A DNA stretch of 51,006 nt from Methanobacteriota archaeon (GTDB lineage Archaea > Halobacteriota > Methanomicrobia > Methanomicrobiales > Methanoculleaceae), in NCBI GenBank assembly GCA_023457135.1, contig JAEWMO010000065.1:1-51006 (forward strand). The letters are read 5' to 3'. The position numbers and the translations under genes are program-made. Positions 32,198-41,849 of the stretch are shown piece by piece; the stretch's first letter is position 1; each line of letters opens with the position of its first letter. The notes beneath the pieces are model-generated. The model searched no databases, was not told the DNA's origin, and saw nothing but the letters and a program-made list of their open reading frames with translations.

Positions 32198-32587
32198 TCA
32201 CTCCGTCTCGAGCGCTTTTGCCGCTGCCCGCCCGATCAGTTCGGGCGGGATATCCTCGTACGCCTCGCCGCTGTAACGGAGCGTCCGGCACTCCGCCCCT
32301 TCTCCACACTCCTCGCCGCAGGAGGAGCAGGAGGAGCAGGCGGCACAGGACGTGGCGGTCACCTCGACCCCCTCCAGAAGCTCTTCTACCGGAACCCCGT
32401 TGAAGAGGAGGCTGTCCGACTCCGCGACCGTCTCGACCATCCGGACGGCGACGCCCTCCATCTCGAGGAGCATGCGAATCTCGTCGAGAACGGCCTCGAG
32501 CGGCATCCCGGTCTCTTTGCAGGTCTCAAAGACGTTGTCAGCATCTCTTGCAGCGTGCTTCCATTCGATGACGAGTTCCCTCTTCAT
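32198..32587 (-). CDS. DUF2703-like Cys-rich protein
   Basis: LVIEWKH...TCKETG...ESDSLLFNGVPVEELL...SCAACSSCSSC...ECRT...YEDIPPELI. Confidence 0.78.
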   Translation of the reverse strand: MKRELVIEWKHAARDADNVFETCKETGMPLEAVLDEIRMLLEMEGVAVRMVETVAESDSLLFNGVPVEELLEGVEVTATSCAACSSCSSCGEECGEGAECRTLRYSGEAYEDIPPELIGRAAAKALETE

Positions 32588-32798
32588 GGTATACTTCTCC
32601 ATTGACGTCGACAGAACATCTTCCTGTCGCCTCCCCGGCAGACTCGCTGCGTGGCCCGCCGGGAGCAGGACGGAAAAACCCGGCGAGGACCACGGCATCG
32701 ACCGGAGGCAGAACCGGGGGTTGTGCGCTCCGGCACACCCGGATAAAGAATCGAGGCCCGAAGTGCTCCAGATCGAGAGCCCGGGTTCTATTAGAGGA

Positions 32799-32942
32799 TC
32801 AGGCCTCTTCCGGCCCGGACCCTTCCTTCTTCGCCTCCGCGGCGCCCCTCGAACCGCAACCGCAGCCGCAGGAGCGCTTCTTCATCTTCGAACCGAAACA
32901 GCATCCTTCGTCGTCTCTGTCGTTCTCGCCTGTCATGGTCAT
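32799..32942 (-). CDS. Small Cys-rich protein (45-47 aa), possible metal-binding microprotein
   Basis: Manual translation MTMTGENDRDDEGCCFGSKMKKRSCGCGCGSRGAAEAKKEGSGPEEA*; CCTTAAAA TATA-like box ~45 nt upstream; below the ORF-track cutoff. Confidence 0.55.
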   Translation of the reverse strand: MTMTGENDRDDEGCCFGSKMKKRSCGCGCGSRGAAEAKKEGSGPEEA

Positions 32943-33016
32943 CTTGAGAAAAGGTTGGCGTTACCGGTGTATGAATACTCGCGTTTTAAGGTAATGGAGA
33001 AGAGCGGGGCCGGGGC

Positions 33017-33595
33017 CTATACCCCGAGCCCCTCTAGAAAGATCCGGTGCAGGCGAAGGTCCCCGCCGAGCTCCGGGTGGAAGGCGAACGCCATGTGCCG
33101 GCCGCTCCTGACGGCAACGATCCCCTCCGGAATCCGGGCGAGCACCTCGACGCCGGGGCCGACGTCCGTTGCCACCGGGGCCCGGATGAAGATCGCCCGG
33201 AAGGGTTCCGCAAGCCCCGCGACCTCGAGCATCGCCTCGCGGGAGTCGACCTGCCGCCCGAAGGCGTTCCGGTCGACGTGCATCGGGATGAGGGCGAGGG
33301 GCCGGACGCGGGGGTCGTCCACCCGGTCCGCGATGAGGACCATCCCGGCGCAGGTGGCGAAGATCCCGCCCTCGAACTCTGCTATCGGATCATGGAGCCC
33401 GTTCTTTCCCATCAGCCGGGAGATCGTCGTCGACTCCCCGCCCGGAATCGCGAGGGCGTCGAGGTCCGCGAGGTCCGCCGCCTTCCGGACCGGGGCGACC
33501 GATGAACCCGGCCGGTCGGCAAGCGCCTCGCAGAACGCCGTGATATGCTCGGCAACGTCGCCCTGGAGCGCGAGAACACCGACCTTAACGCCCAC
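33017..33595 (-). CDS. pdxT: PLP synthase glutaminase subunit
   Basis: GVLALQG, PGGESTT, ATCAG, RNAFGRQ, FIRAP, FHPE. Confidence 0.95.
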   Translation of the reverse strand: MGVKVGVLALQGDVAEHITAFCEALADRPGSSVAPVRKAADLADLDALAIPGGESTTISRLMGKNGLHDPIAEFEGGIFATCAGMVLIADRVDDPRVRPLALIPMHVDRNAFGRQVDSREAMLEVAGLAEPFRAIFIRAPVATDVGPGVEVLARIPEGIVAVRSGRHMAFAFHPELGGDLRLHRIFLEGLGV

Positions 33596-34481
33596 GGGTC
33601 TGCAACACCTCTCCTTCCTTGAGCATGTGGATATCGAGGCCCTTCATCGCATCCCCAAGGCCCCTGCTCACCTCGGCGATGACCTTCGCGTCGTCGTAGT
33701 GGTTCACGGCCTCGACGATCGCCCGGGCGGTCGCCTCGGGATTTGAGGACTTGAAGATGCCCGACCCCACAAAGACGCCGTCGGCGCCGAGCTGCATCAT
33801 CAGCGCAGCGTCGGCGGGGGTCGCTATCCCGCCCGCGGAGAAGTTCACGACGGGGAGGCGGCCGAGGTTCGCGCACTCGATGACGAGCTCCGCCGGTGCC
33901 TCGATCTCACGGGCCCGGTCGACGAGCTCCTGGCTGGAGAGGCCCTTCAGGCTCCGGATCTCGCCCATGATCGCCCGCATGTGGCGGACGGCCTCGACGA
34001 CGTTGCCGGTCCCGGCCTCGCCCTTCGTCCGGATCATCGCCGCTCCCTCGTTCACCCGGCGCAGGGCTTCCCCGAGGTTCCGTGCGCCGCAGACGAACGG
34101 GACTGAGAACCGGGTCTTATCGATATGGAACTGCTCATCCGCCGGGGTCAGCACCTCGCTCTCGTCGACCATGTCCACGCCGAGGGCTTCCAGGATCTGT
34201 GCCTCGACGAAGTGGCCGATCCGGGCCTTCCCCATCACCGGGATGGAGACCGCATCGATGATCTCGGCGATCTTCTGCGGGTCGGCCATGCGGGCCACGC
34301 CCCCGGCCGCTCTGATATCGGCAGGGACTCTCTCAAGCGCCATGACGGCGACAGCACCGGCCTCCTCGGCAAGCTGCGCCTGCTCTGCGTTGACCACGTC
34401 CATGATGACGCCGCCCTTCTGCATCGACGCAAAGCCGCGCTTGATCAGCTCGGTGCCAAATCTCAGTTCCTCGAGTTTCAT
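33585..34481 (-). CDS. pdxS: PLP synthase lyase subunit
   Basis: [40 protein letters not shown]. Confidence 0.96.
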   Translation of the reverse strand: MKLEELRFGTELIKRGFASMQKGGVIMDVVNAEQAQLAEEAGAVAVMALERVPADIRAAGGVARMADPQKIAEIIDAVSIPVMGKARIGHFVEAQILEALGVDMVDESEVLTPADEQFHIDKTRFSVPFVCGARNLGEALRRVNEGAAMIRTKGEAGTGNVVEAVRHMRAIMGEIRSLKGLSSQELVDRAREIEAPAELVIECANLGRLPVVNFSAGGIATPADAALMMQLGADGVFVGSGIFKSSNPEATARAIVEAVNHYDDAKVIAEVSRGLGDAMKGLDIHMLKEGEVLQTRGR

Positions 34482-34486
34482 TACTC

Positions 34487-35407
34487 CTAACTATAGCTCA
34501 TGGACCCCAATAAAAATAGTGCGGCGATCTCAATGATCGCAAAGATGACCGTCGCCGCCCGGACCGCTCTGACGATCCCGGCGCCCCCCTCCGCGAGGGT
34601 CCGCTCCGGATCCCCGATGGTGTAGACGCCGGGCTTCTCGAGCCGTATTCCGACCCCACCGGCGATGACGGCCATCGGTATCCCCCCGTTGAACCCGGGG
34701 CGCTTCTTTCTATCCCGCCGGAGTGCAGCCCAGGCCGGCCCGAACCGCCCCTGCGCCGCAAAGTAGGCGAGCAGGATAAGGCCGGTGAGCCGGGCCGGGA
34801 TGAAGTTTGCGACGTCGTCGGCACGGGCCGGGAACCACCCGAGCCGGAGCCGCTCGTCCCGGTAGCCGAGCATCGCGTCCATGGTATTGACCGCCCGGAA
34901 GGCAGCGGCCCCGGCAAGGCCGAAGAGCCCGAAGTAGAAGAGCGGGGAGATGATGCTGTCGACGAGGTTCTCGGCCATCGACTCGTAGGCGGCCGAGAGA
35001 ATGTGCCCGGCATCGAGGTGCGCCGTATCCCGGCTCACCATCATCCCGACCGTCGAGCGGCCGGCATCGATGCTCTCAGCCTCAAGCGCCCGGACCACGG
35101 CGGCGACGTGCTCCTCGAGCGCCCGCCAGGCCAGGCAGGCCTTGAGGAGGAAGGGTGCGAGGATGAGGTAGAGGTACCAGGGGGCCGCAGACTGGACGAG
35201 CGCAAACGGAGCCGCGAAGAGGAACACGGTCAGAAGGGTCCCTGCAACCCCGGCCGCCCGCTGGATACCGGGCGGGTAGCGGGCCGGGACCCCCCACCAT
35301 CCGATGAACCGGCCGAGGACCGCCACCGGGTGATACCGGGAGTGGGGGTCCCCGATCAGGCGGTCCACCAGCAGCGACGCGGCGACTACGACCGCTGCCG
35401 CAGCCAT
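34487..35407 (-). CDS. cbiB: Adenosylcobinamide-phosphate synthase CbiB/CobD
   Basis: [39 protein letters not shown]. Confidence 0.92.
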   Translation of the reverse strand: MAAAAVVVAASLLVDRLIGDPHSRYHPVAVLGRFIGWWGVPARYPPGIQRAAGVAGTLLTVFLFAAPFALVQSAAPWYLYLILAPFLLKACLAWRALEEHVAAVVRALEAESIDAGRSTVGMMVSRDTAHLDAGHILSAAYESMAENLVDSIISPLFYFGLFGLAGAAAFRAVNTMDAMLGYRDERLRLGWFPARADDVANFIPARLTGLILLAYFAAQGRFGPAWAALRRDRKKRPGFNGGIPMAVIAGGVGIRLEKPGVYTIGDPERTLAEGGAGIVRAVRAATVIFAIIEIAALFLLGSMSYS

Positions 35408-35913
35408 GTGAGAAGAACCCCGATGAGCAGCGCCGCAAATGCAGCGGCGTTCAGGATATCGATCCTCAACGCGAGCCAGAGGCCGTAGAGGACCAGGGCG
35501 ACGGCGACGGGGGCGAGGACGGCGACGGGGGGCAGCTGCGGGAGCGTTATTGCCGGGAGGGCCGGGCCGGCGGAGACCGGCCCCGCAGCTTCAGGCTCCG
35601 GGGCTGCCCGCTCCCTGACGACGACCCGGAACTGCGCTTTCTTCGCGCCGTATCCCGCGATGACCTCCACGTTGAAGATCCCGGGGTGGGCGTTCTCCCG
35701 GATCGGGATATGGAACTCCTCGCTCTCGTCCACGTAGAGATTCTCGTGGAAGAAGCCGGTAAAGGGGGAGGAGTTTGAGGAGGCGAGGGTGATATGGAGC
35801 GGGGAGCCGTGGTTGACGATCCTGAGCACAAGATCGCTCCCCGCCGCCGCCTCTACCTCCTGCGGGACCTCGATGGCGTTGATCCCCCGCCTGTTGAGGT
35901 GAATCTCCGACAT
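35386..35913 (-). CDS. Conserved archaeal hypothetical membrane protein
   Basis: MSEIHLNRRGINAIE, NHGSPLHI, GYGA, two C-terminal TM helices; fills the operon gap. Confidence 0.7.
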   Translation of the reverse strand: MSEIHLNRRGINAIEVPQEVEAAAGSDLVLRIVNHGSPLHITLASSNSSPFTGFFHENLYVDESEEFHIPIRENAHPGIFNVEVIAGYGAKKAQFRVVVRERAAPEPEAAGPVSAGPALPAITLPQLPPVAVLAPVAVALVLYGLWLALRIDILNAAAFAALLIGVLLTWLRQRS

Positions 35914-35921
35914 CGGCCGGA

Positions 35922-36107
35922 TCAGTCCTCGCAGGCGGTCTGGGGGAGGAGATTCGGGATGCCTTCGCTGATGGGGTAATCGACGCAGCACGCGGCGCAC
36001 CGGAGGGTCCCCTCCAGAACCTCATCGCCGCTCTCCTCGGCGACGGTGAGGGTAAGGTCGCCCTTGCAGACCGGGCAGCAGAGGATCTCCATGAGGTTCT
36101 TTCTCAT
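35922..36107 (-). CDS. trm112: Trm112 methyltransferase activator
   Basis: LMEILCCPVCKG...GTLRCAAC..YPISEGIPNLL. Confidence 0.9.
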   Translation of the reverse strand: MRKNLMEILCCPVCKGDLTLTVAEESGDEVLEGTLRCAACCVDYPISEGIPNLLPQTACED

Positions 36108-37114
36108 AACTCTCCCCGCAGGTCGATGATCTGGGACATCTCGGGGCCGGTCGAGATCAGGGTGACGGGCTTGCCGATGTCCTTCTCGGCCTGGGCGATG
36201 AAATCCTTCGCCTTCTTGCTCAGCTGGCCGTAGTCTGTCGCGCCGAAGCAGGCCGGGTCGATCCGGTCGATCCCGGTGATCGCCGCCTGCGTGCAGCCGT
36301 TGATCATCGCCGAGTAGCGGGCCATCTTCCCGTCCCAGGTGCCAATGCGGCGCTGGCGGTGGGTGACGGTCCCGAACTCCTCGATACCGAGCTCGTGCGA
36401 CCGCTCCATCGTCATCTCGGTGGAGAAGGGACCCTCGCCGACCCGGGTCGGGTAGGCCTTGAAGACGACGATGACGTCGTCGATCCGGGTCGGGCCGACG
36501 CCGTTGTCCGCGGCGATCTGCGAGGCGGAGGTGTCCTTGCTCGTCACGAACGGGTAGGTCCCGAAGTAGAGGGAGATACCGAAGCCCTGGGTTCCCTCGA
36601 GGAGGACCACCTCGTCGTTATCGATAGCGCGGTTGACGTCCTCGGCGACATCGGTGATATACTCCGCAAGTTCCGGGACGTCTTTTGCCTGCCGGGAAGT
36701 CCGGAGGACGCGGTCGGAGTTTGCCGGCCCGCACCCGGTCCCGGTGCTCCCGATCTTCTTGCTGAGATGCTCGCTCCCCTTATCCCGGGCGATATGCTCC
36801 TCTTCAATGATGCCGCACCGCCCGTCGACGAAGATCCTGCCCCTGACCCCGAGCAGGTCGACTTCCCGCAGGAAGACGCGCGGGTCGACGAGCACGCCGC
36901 TCCCGACCATGAGGGCGGCTTCCGGATAAACAAACCCCGAGGGGACCATCCTGACACCGTATTCTTTCTCCCCGATGCGGACGGTGTGCCCGGCGTTCGG
37001 GCCGACGCCGCCGCGGGAGATGATGGATGGCCTGTCCTGATGGGCGACATGCGCCACGATCTTTCCTTTTCCCTCGTCACCAAAGAACCCGCCGACGATA
37101 ATAGTACAACTCAT
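36104..37114 (-). CDS. purA: Adenylosuccinate synthetase (short archaeal form)
   Basis: FGDEGKGK, GPNAGHT, EGTQG, TRVGEGPF, GTVT.R.RR. Confidence 0.96.
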   Translation of the reverse strand: MSCTIIVGGFFGDEGKGKIVAHVAHQDRPSIISRGGVGPNAGHTVRIGEKEYGVRMVPSGFVYPEAALMVGSGVLVDPRVFLREVDLLGVRGRIFVDGRCGIIEEEHIARDKGSEHLSKKIGSTGTGCGPANSDRVLRTSRQAKDVPELAEYITDVAEDVNRAIDNDEVVLLEGTQGFGISLYFGTYPFVTSKDTSASQIAADNGVGPTRIDDVIVVFKAYPTRVGEGPFSTEMTMERSHELGIEEFGTVTHRQRRIGTWDGKMARYSAMINGCTQAAITGIDRIDPACFGATDYGQLSKKAKDFIAQAEKDIGKPVTLISTGPEMSQIIDLRGEL

Positions 37115-37430
37115 TGTTCTATCAAGTAGGATGGAGCGATACATACTGATAAACGTTACAATGCGACACCGGGAGAAACGGTCTGCCGTTTATAGGCAGC
37201 ACGCCTCCGGGCCACTCTTTATGCGCGCTCAAGGGCGCTGTGCGCCCCCAAAAGGCCTCCGAGGGGGCTTTTCGGGCCGGGTCCGGCGACCTGCCCGAGA
37301 GGCAGAGAACCGGAGGATCTCCCGGTTCACTCCTGTTATGCGCAAATTTAGGACCCTGAGCGCCGGAGAGCCATCGTATATCAATCTTCGCGGCCGGAGA
37401 CGATCTCAGATCCGGTTACCGCCGGGATCT

Positions 37431-37455
37431 GAACCCCTTTATTTCCACTGGAAAC
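37431..37455 (-). promoter_or_regulatory. ORB (origin recognition box) A
   Basis: Reverse complement GTTTCCAGTGGAAATAAAGGGGTTC matches the archaeal ORB core plus G-string. Confidence 0.85.
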
Positions 37456-37651
37456 TTCATCTCATAGAGATTCCGGGCCACCACATTGAGTTTTTTCCCC
37501 GGAGGGGCATGGTGAACAAGAGAGGGATTATTCCACCTGAGCGCAGATGCGAACCCGGCGATCTATCCGGGTTTCGATGGATGGAATGCAAATTTGAGGT
37601 ACCGGATCGACGGGATGGTGGCCGTCCGGAAACCCTGAATAAATCCACATC

Positions 37652-37673
37652 TCCAGTGGAAATAAAGGGGTTC
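37652..37673 (+). promoter_or_regulatory. ORB B
   Basis: TCCAGTGGAAATAAAGGGGTTC; perfect 22-bp inverted copy of ORB A. Confidence 0.85.
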
Positions 37674-37778
37674 TCCGACCGTCGTTCTGCCGTCGGACAC
37701 CAGACTATCGGCCGCATATGCAGGGAGTGGGTTCAAAAAGGTTTTGATTTTGATCCACAACGGATCGCAGAGGTCCCC

Positions 37779-38939
37779 TTATTTCAGCGACTCGAGGAAG
37801 GTCCCCATACGTGAGAGAGCTTCCTTGAGACTGTCGCGCGAGACCGCATACGCGCACCGGACGTGCCCGGCGCCGGAGGGGCCGAGGACGCTTCCGGGGA
37901 CGACCGCGACGTGCTGCTCCCGGAGGAGTGTCTCGGCGAACTCGACGTCGGTCATGCCGGTGCTCTCCACTGAGGGGAAGGCGTAGAACGCGCCCTTCGG
38001 GAGGTGGCAGGCAAGGCCGAGTTTGTTCAGCCCATCGACGAAGAGGTTCCGCCGGAGGCGGTACTCCCGGACCATGGCGTCTTTCTCGGCCTCTCCGTTC
38101 CGGAGGGCCTCGTATGCCGCGATCTGGCCCATGACCGGGGCGCAGAGCGCCACGTACTGGTGGATCTTCAGGGCCGCCGCCGCGATCTCGGCCGGAGCGC
38201 AGAGGTAGCCGATCCGCCACCCGGTCATGGCGAAGGCCTTCGAGAAGCCGTTCAAGGTGATCGTCCTCTCGAAGAGCTCCGGGAGTTTCGCCGGCGAGAA
38301 GTGGCTGCCGTCGTAGGTGAGCTCCCCGTACACCTCGTCGCTGATGAGCAGGAGGTCGTGGTCGACCAGGATGTCGGCGATGCCGCGCCAGTCGGCCTCC
38401 TGCATCACCCCGCCGGTCGGGTTGTTCGGGAAGTTTGCGATCAGGGCCTTCGTCCTGGGCGTAATGCTCTCTGCAAGTGCGTCGGGCGTCAGCCGGAACT
38501 CGTCCTCCGCCCGGCAGGGGACGGTGACCGGGACGCCGCCGGCAAGCGAGACGCAGGGGGTATAGGAGACGTAGCAGGGCTCCGCGACCAGGATCTCGTC
38601 GCCGGGGTCCGTGACGGCCCGGATGGCGATGTCGGCCGCTTCCGAGACGCCGCAGGTGACGATGATCTCGTCCTCGGGGCTGTAGCGGGTGCCGAACCCG
38701 GCATCGAGGTAGCGGCTGATGGCGCCGCGGAGCTGGGGCGTCCCCTTGTTCGATGTGTAGGCGGTCGACCCCTGCTCGATGGAGTAGATGGATGCCTCGC
38801 AGACGCACCAGGGGGTCACGAAGTCCGGCTCGCCGACACCCAGGGAGATGACGTCCTCCATGGTCTGGGCGATATCAAAGAACCTCCGGATACCCGACGG
38901 GGGTATGGCGCGGGCCCGGGCCGAGACGAAATCCCTCAC
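37779..38939 (-). CDS. Aminotransferase class I/II (YugH/AlaT-like)
   Basis: [46 protein letters not shown] start after GAGGTGA. Confidence 0.92.
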   Translation of the reverse strand: MRDFVSARARAIPPSGIRRFFDIAQTMEDVISLGVGEPDFVTPWCVCEASIYSIEQGSTAYTSNKGTPQLRGAISRYLDAGFGTRYSPEDEIIVTCGVSEAADIAIRAVTDPGDEILVAEPCYVSYTPCVSLAGGVPVTVPCRAEDEFRLTPDALAESITPRTKALIANFPNNPTGGVMQEADWRGIADILVDHDLLLISDEVYGELTYDGSHFSPAKLPELFERTITLNGFSKAFAMTGWRIGYLCAPAEIAAAALKIHQYVALCAPVMGQIAAYEALRNGEAEKDAMVREYRLRRNLFVDGLNKLGLACHLPKGAFYAFPSVESTGMTDVEFAETLLREQHVAVVPGSVLGPSGAGHVRCAYAVSRDSLKEALSRMGTFLESLK

Positions 38940-38949
38940 GCTCTTCACC

Positions 38950-39441
38950 TCAGAACGAGTAGGGGAGACGCTCGACACCCTCGCGCTCGACGAAGGTGGT
39001 GCCGTTCTCCTTGTAGGTCTTCATGATGATATGCGTCGCCGTCTCACGGATCCGGTCCATCGGGGCGATCTGCTCGGCGACGAACCGGGCGATCTCGTGC
39101 ATGCTCGGCCCGGTCACCAGGAGCTGGAGGTCGTAGGCCCCCGTCATCAGCCGGAGCGACCGGACCTGCGGGAACCGCGAGATCCGCTCGGCGATACGGT
39201 CGTAGCCGAAGTCGCGCTCGGGCGAGACTTTGAGCTCGATCACCGCGGCGACGTTCCCGTTGCCGGCCTGCTCCCAGTCGATGACCGCACCGTAGCGGCG
39301 GATGGCGCCGGTGGTTTCCAGCCTGCCGATCCGGTCTCTCACGTCCTGCTCGCTCACCTCGGCCAGCACCGCGAGTTCACTTATCGGGGTGCGGCAGTTC
39401 TCCTCCAGAAGCTGGAGGAGGATACGATCCTTCTCGTCCAT
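38950..39441 (-). CDS. Lrp/AsnC transcriptional regulator (YugG-like)
   Basis: N-terminal HTH (DEKDRILLQLLEENCR), RAM domain LMTGAYDL, TATHII. Confidence 0.92.
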   Translation of the reverse strand: MDEKDRILLQLLEENCRTPISELAVLAEVSEQDVRDRIGRLETTGAIRRYGAVIDWEQAGNGNVAAVIELKVSPERDFGYDRIAERISRFPQVRSLRLMTGAYDLQLLVTGPSMHEIARFVAEQIAPMDRIRETATHIIMKTYKENGTTFVEREGVERLPYSF

Positions 39442-39445
39442 AGTT

Positions 39446-40729
39446 TCACCTGAACATTGCTCTTAAACGGTTGGTGTCGAGTTGCTTGAGTCTCTGGTCG
39501 TCGAGCCTCGGGTCGCGCGTGACGACCTCCTCGATCTTGCTCGTCGTCGCGTCGAACCACATCTCCTTTGTCCGGCCGTAGCGGCCGCGCGAGACGACCC
39601 GGGTGTTGATGACGCCGAGCATGTTGAGCTCGGAGATGAGGTCCGTGATCCGGCGGTGCGTCAGGACGTCGAGGTCGATGATCCGGGCGATCTCCCGGTA
39701 GACTATCGTGACCTCCCCGCTCGTGAAGATCCTCTTGCCCATCTGCTCGAGGATCAGCATCGCGTAGAGGACCGCCTTGCTCTGGGTCGGGAGGGTGGAG
39801 ACGCACTCCACCATGCTGTCGGTCTCGATCTTCTCCTGGGCCATCCGGACGTGCTTCTCGGTCACGCCCGCGGCGTTCTCGCGGTCCGCAAGCTCCCCCG
39901 ATACCCGGAGGAGGTCGAGCGCCCGCCGGGCGTCGCCGTGCTCCTGGGCCGCGAGGGCTGCGCAGAGCGGGATGACCGTCTCGTCGAGCGCCCCCTCGAT
40001 GAACGCGATCTCGGCCCTCTGCTTGAGGATGTCGCAGAGTTGCGGGGCGTTGTAGGGGGGAAAGACGATCTCCTCCTCGGAGAGCGAGGAGAGGACCCGG
40101 GGGTCCAGGAAGTCGGTGAACCGGAGGTCGTTTGAGATCCCGATGATGCTGACCTTCGCGAACTTCAGGTCGGAGTTGATCCGGGTGAGGTTGTAGAGGG
40201 TGTCATCGCCGCTCTTCTTGACGAGCTTGTCGATCTCGTCGAGGATGATGACCATGACCCCGCCGCTGTTCTCGAGCTGGTTCTTGAGCTCCATGTAGAC
40301 CTGGTCGGTCGGCCACCCGGTCATCGGGATGTGGTTCCTCGTGCTGTCGCTCGCGTGCGCATCGGCGTCGTCGAGACAGTTCGCGATCTGGGCGAGCACC
40401 CGGTACTGGGTGTCGATCACCTCGCAGTTGAGGTGGACGATCCGGCACTTTGTCCCGGCAAGCGTACTGGCGCTCTCGAGCTCCGTCCCCACGTATCGGA
40501 CCGATGCCGTCTTCCCCGTCCCGGTCTTGCCGTAGATGAGGATGTTCGACGGGGTCTCGTTCGTGAGAGCAGGGGCAAGGATAGAGGCGAGTTCGTCGAT
40601 CTGCGGTTTCCGGTGAGGAAGGATCTGAGGACGATAACTGTGACGCAACACTTCCCTGTTCTTAAATATACGTCTATTGGTGAGGTATTTTTTGAAGAGG
40701 CCCATTGGATTCGTTTTATCGTCCGACAT
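39446..40729 (-). CDS. cdc6: Orc1/Cdc6 replication initiator
   Basis: YRPQILPHR, Walker A GKTGTGKT, ILDEID, GDARRALDLLR, wing SRGRYGRT. Confidence 0.97.
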   Translation of the reverse strand: MSDDKTNPMGLFKKYLTNRRIFKNREVLRHSYRPQILPHRKPQIDELASILAPALTNETPSNILIYGKTGTGKTASVRYVGTELESASTLAGTKCRIVHLNCEVIDTQYRVLAQIANCLDDADAHASDSTRNHIPMTGWPTDQVYMELKNQLENSGGVMVIILDEIDKLVKKSGDDTLYNLTRINSDLKFAKVSIIGISNDLRFTDFLDPRVLSSLSEEEIVFPPYNAPQLCDILKQRAEIAFIEGALDETVIPLCAALAAQEHGDARRALDLLRVSGELADRENAAGVTEKHVRMAQEKIETDSMVECVSTLPTQSKAVLYAMLILEQMGKRIFTSGEVTIVYREIARIIDLDVLTHRRITDLISELNMLGVINTRVVSRGRYGRTKEMWFDATTSKIEEVVTRDPRLDDQRLKQLDTNRLRAMFR

Positions 40730-40808
40730 GATGTCACCGGAGGGGGTTTCCCGGACAGGAGAATTTCGTGTCAGGGACCCTTAATATGATCGTTTTCGTG
40801 ACTGATAA

Positions 40809-40829
40809 CCCCTTCGTTTCCAGTGGAAC
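40809..40829 (-). promoter_or_regulatory. ORB C
   Basis: Reverse complement GTTCCACTGGAAACGAAGGGG. Confidence 0.85.
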
Positions 40830-40927
40830 CTGTATGCCGCGGGTTGGAGGCAGAATACTCGTGAGATACCCGGGACGGCGGAAGAACCCGGGGGAGGGGA
40901 GGGGGTGATGGACCGGGAGCACCCCGA

Positions 40928-40947
40928 CCCCTTTGTTTCGTGTGGAG
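40928..40947 (-). promoter_or_regulatory. ORB D
   Basis: Reverse complement CTCCACACGAAACAAAGGGG(TCGGGG). Confidence 0.75.
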
Positions 40948-41224
40948 ACTGATGGAGATACCACGTTGTGGTATCATCCAATCAAAGGTGATGGAGATAG
41001 TCATGTGTACCTCTGAAACTCAAGATATATAATTTTGTCGTAGAAGTACAGAAGGAGAAGAAAAACGAGGAGAGCCCGATAAAGGAAGAACCAGGCGGTT
41101 AAAAGGGAGGGCCAGGCAAGGAAGGTAGTAACAGGAACAGAAAAGAGGAAGAACGGGAGAGGGAGAATACAGGTAAAAAAGAGGGAGAACGCGGGTACGA
41201 GGAGGCAAAATGGGAGGGTAAAAG

Positions 41225-41475
41225 GGTGACGGTAAGAGGTAAGACGAAGAGACGACAGGAGAAGGTGAGCGAGTGACGGTTGAGGGGGTAAAACGAAGGG
41301 ACACCGGGAGAAGATGAGAGTGAGACAATGAGAGGATGAACGGAGAGATACCAGGAGATAATGAGAGAGTGGCAGTGAGAGAATGAATGAAGAGATACCA
41401 GGAGAAGATGAGAGAGAGACAGTGAGAGAATGAAACAAAAAACACCAGAATGAAGGTGAGAGCAGAAACGAAGAG
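41225..41475 (+). repeat. Purine-rich ~47-bp tandem repeat
   Basis: Units begin at 41301, 41348, 41395 and 41442 (partial), consensus ATACCAGGAGAAGATGAGAGAGAGACAGTGAGAGAATGAA; GTGACGGT recurs at 41226 and 41273. Confidence 0.8.
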
Positions 41476-41849
41476 CCGGCAGGAGAGGAAGATGGGAAAA
41501 GACCGGGTCCGGAAACGGCAGGGCAGGGAAAACTATCAGTTCAGCCGGTTGTCTCCCGGGCATTCCCGGTATGTAGAGCCGGCTCCCTGAGAGGATGCAG
41601 ACCGGCCTCTTCCGGGAGCCCGGTCCTGTCCCGGGTTGAGACCCGGCCTCCTCCCGGACAGTGTTCATCTCTCCTGGATCTGGATCGGCTCCCGGACCGA
41701 ACACCTGCGCTCTCGTGATAGGGGCTCTCTTCAACTCCTCCGTCACCCTTGAGATGACCTCCGATCATCGGAATCTCGAGTCCCTTTCAATCACCCCCGC
41801 TCTCTCTCACCCTCGCCCCCGGGCCTTCATAGCCATCCGCCAACCCCGA

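Noticed and set aside
37774..37790. CCCCTTATTTCAGC half-ORB at the aminotransferase stop codon
   Set aside because: Lacks the TCCA half of the core and is explained in part by the AAA-TAA codons.
37131..37814. 227-aa ORF across the purA-aminotransferase intergenic region
   Set aside because: Atypical composition, no motifs, and it runs through the ORB pair; the region is best read as non-coding.
41001..41746. Leu/Ser/Phe-rich 'membrane' ORFs on the minus strand
   Set aside because: All three frames are open and give similar low-complexity peptides because of the polypyrimidine tract; the 47-bp period breaks frame.
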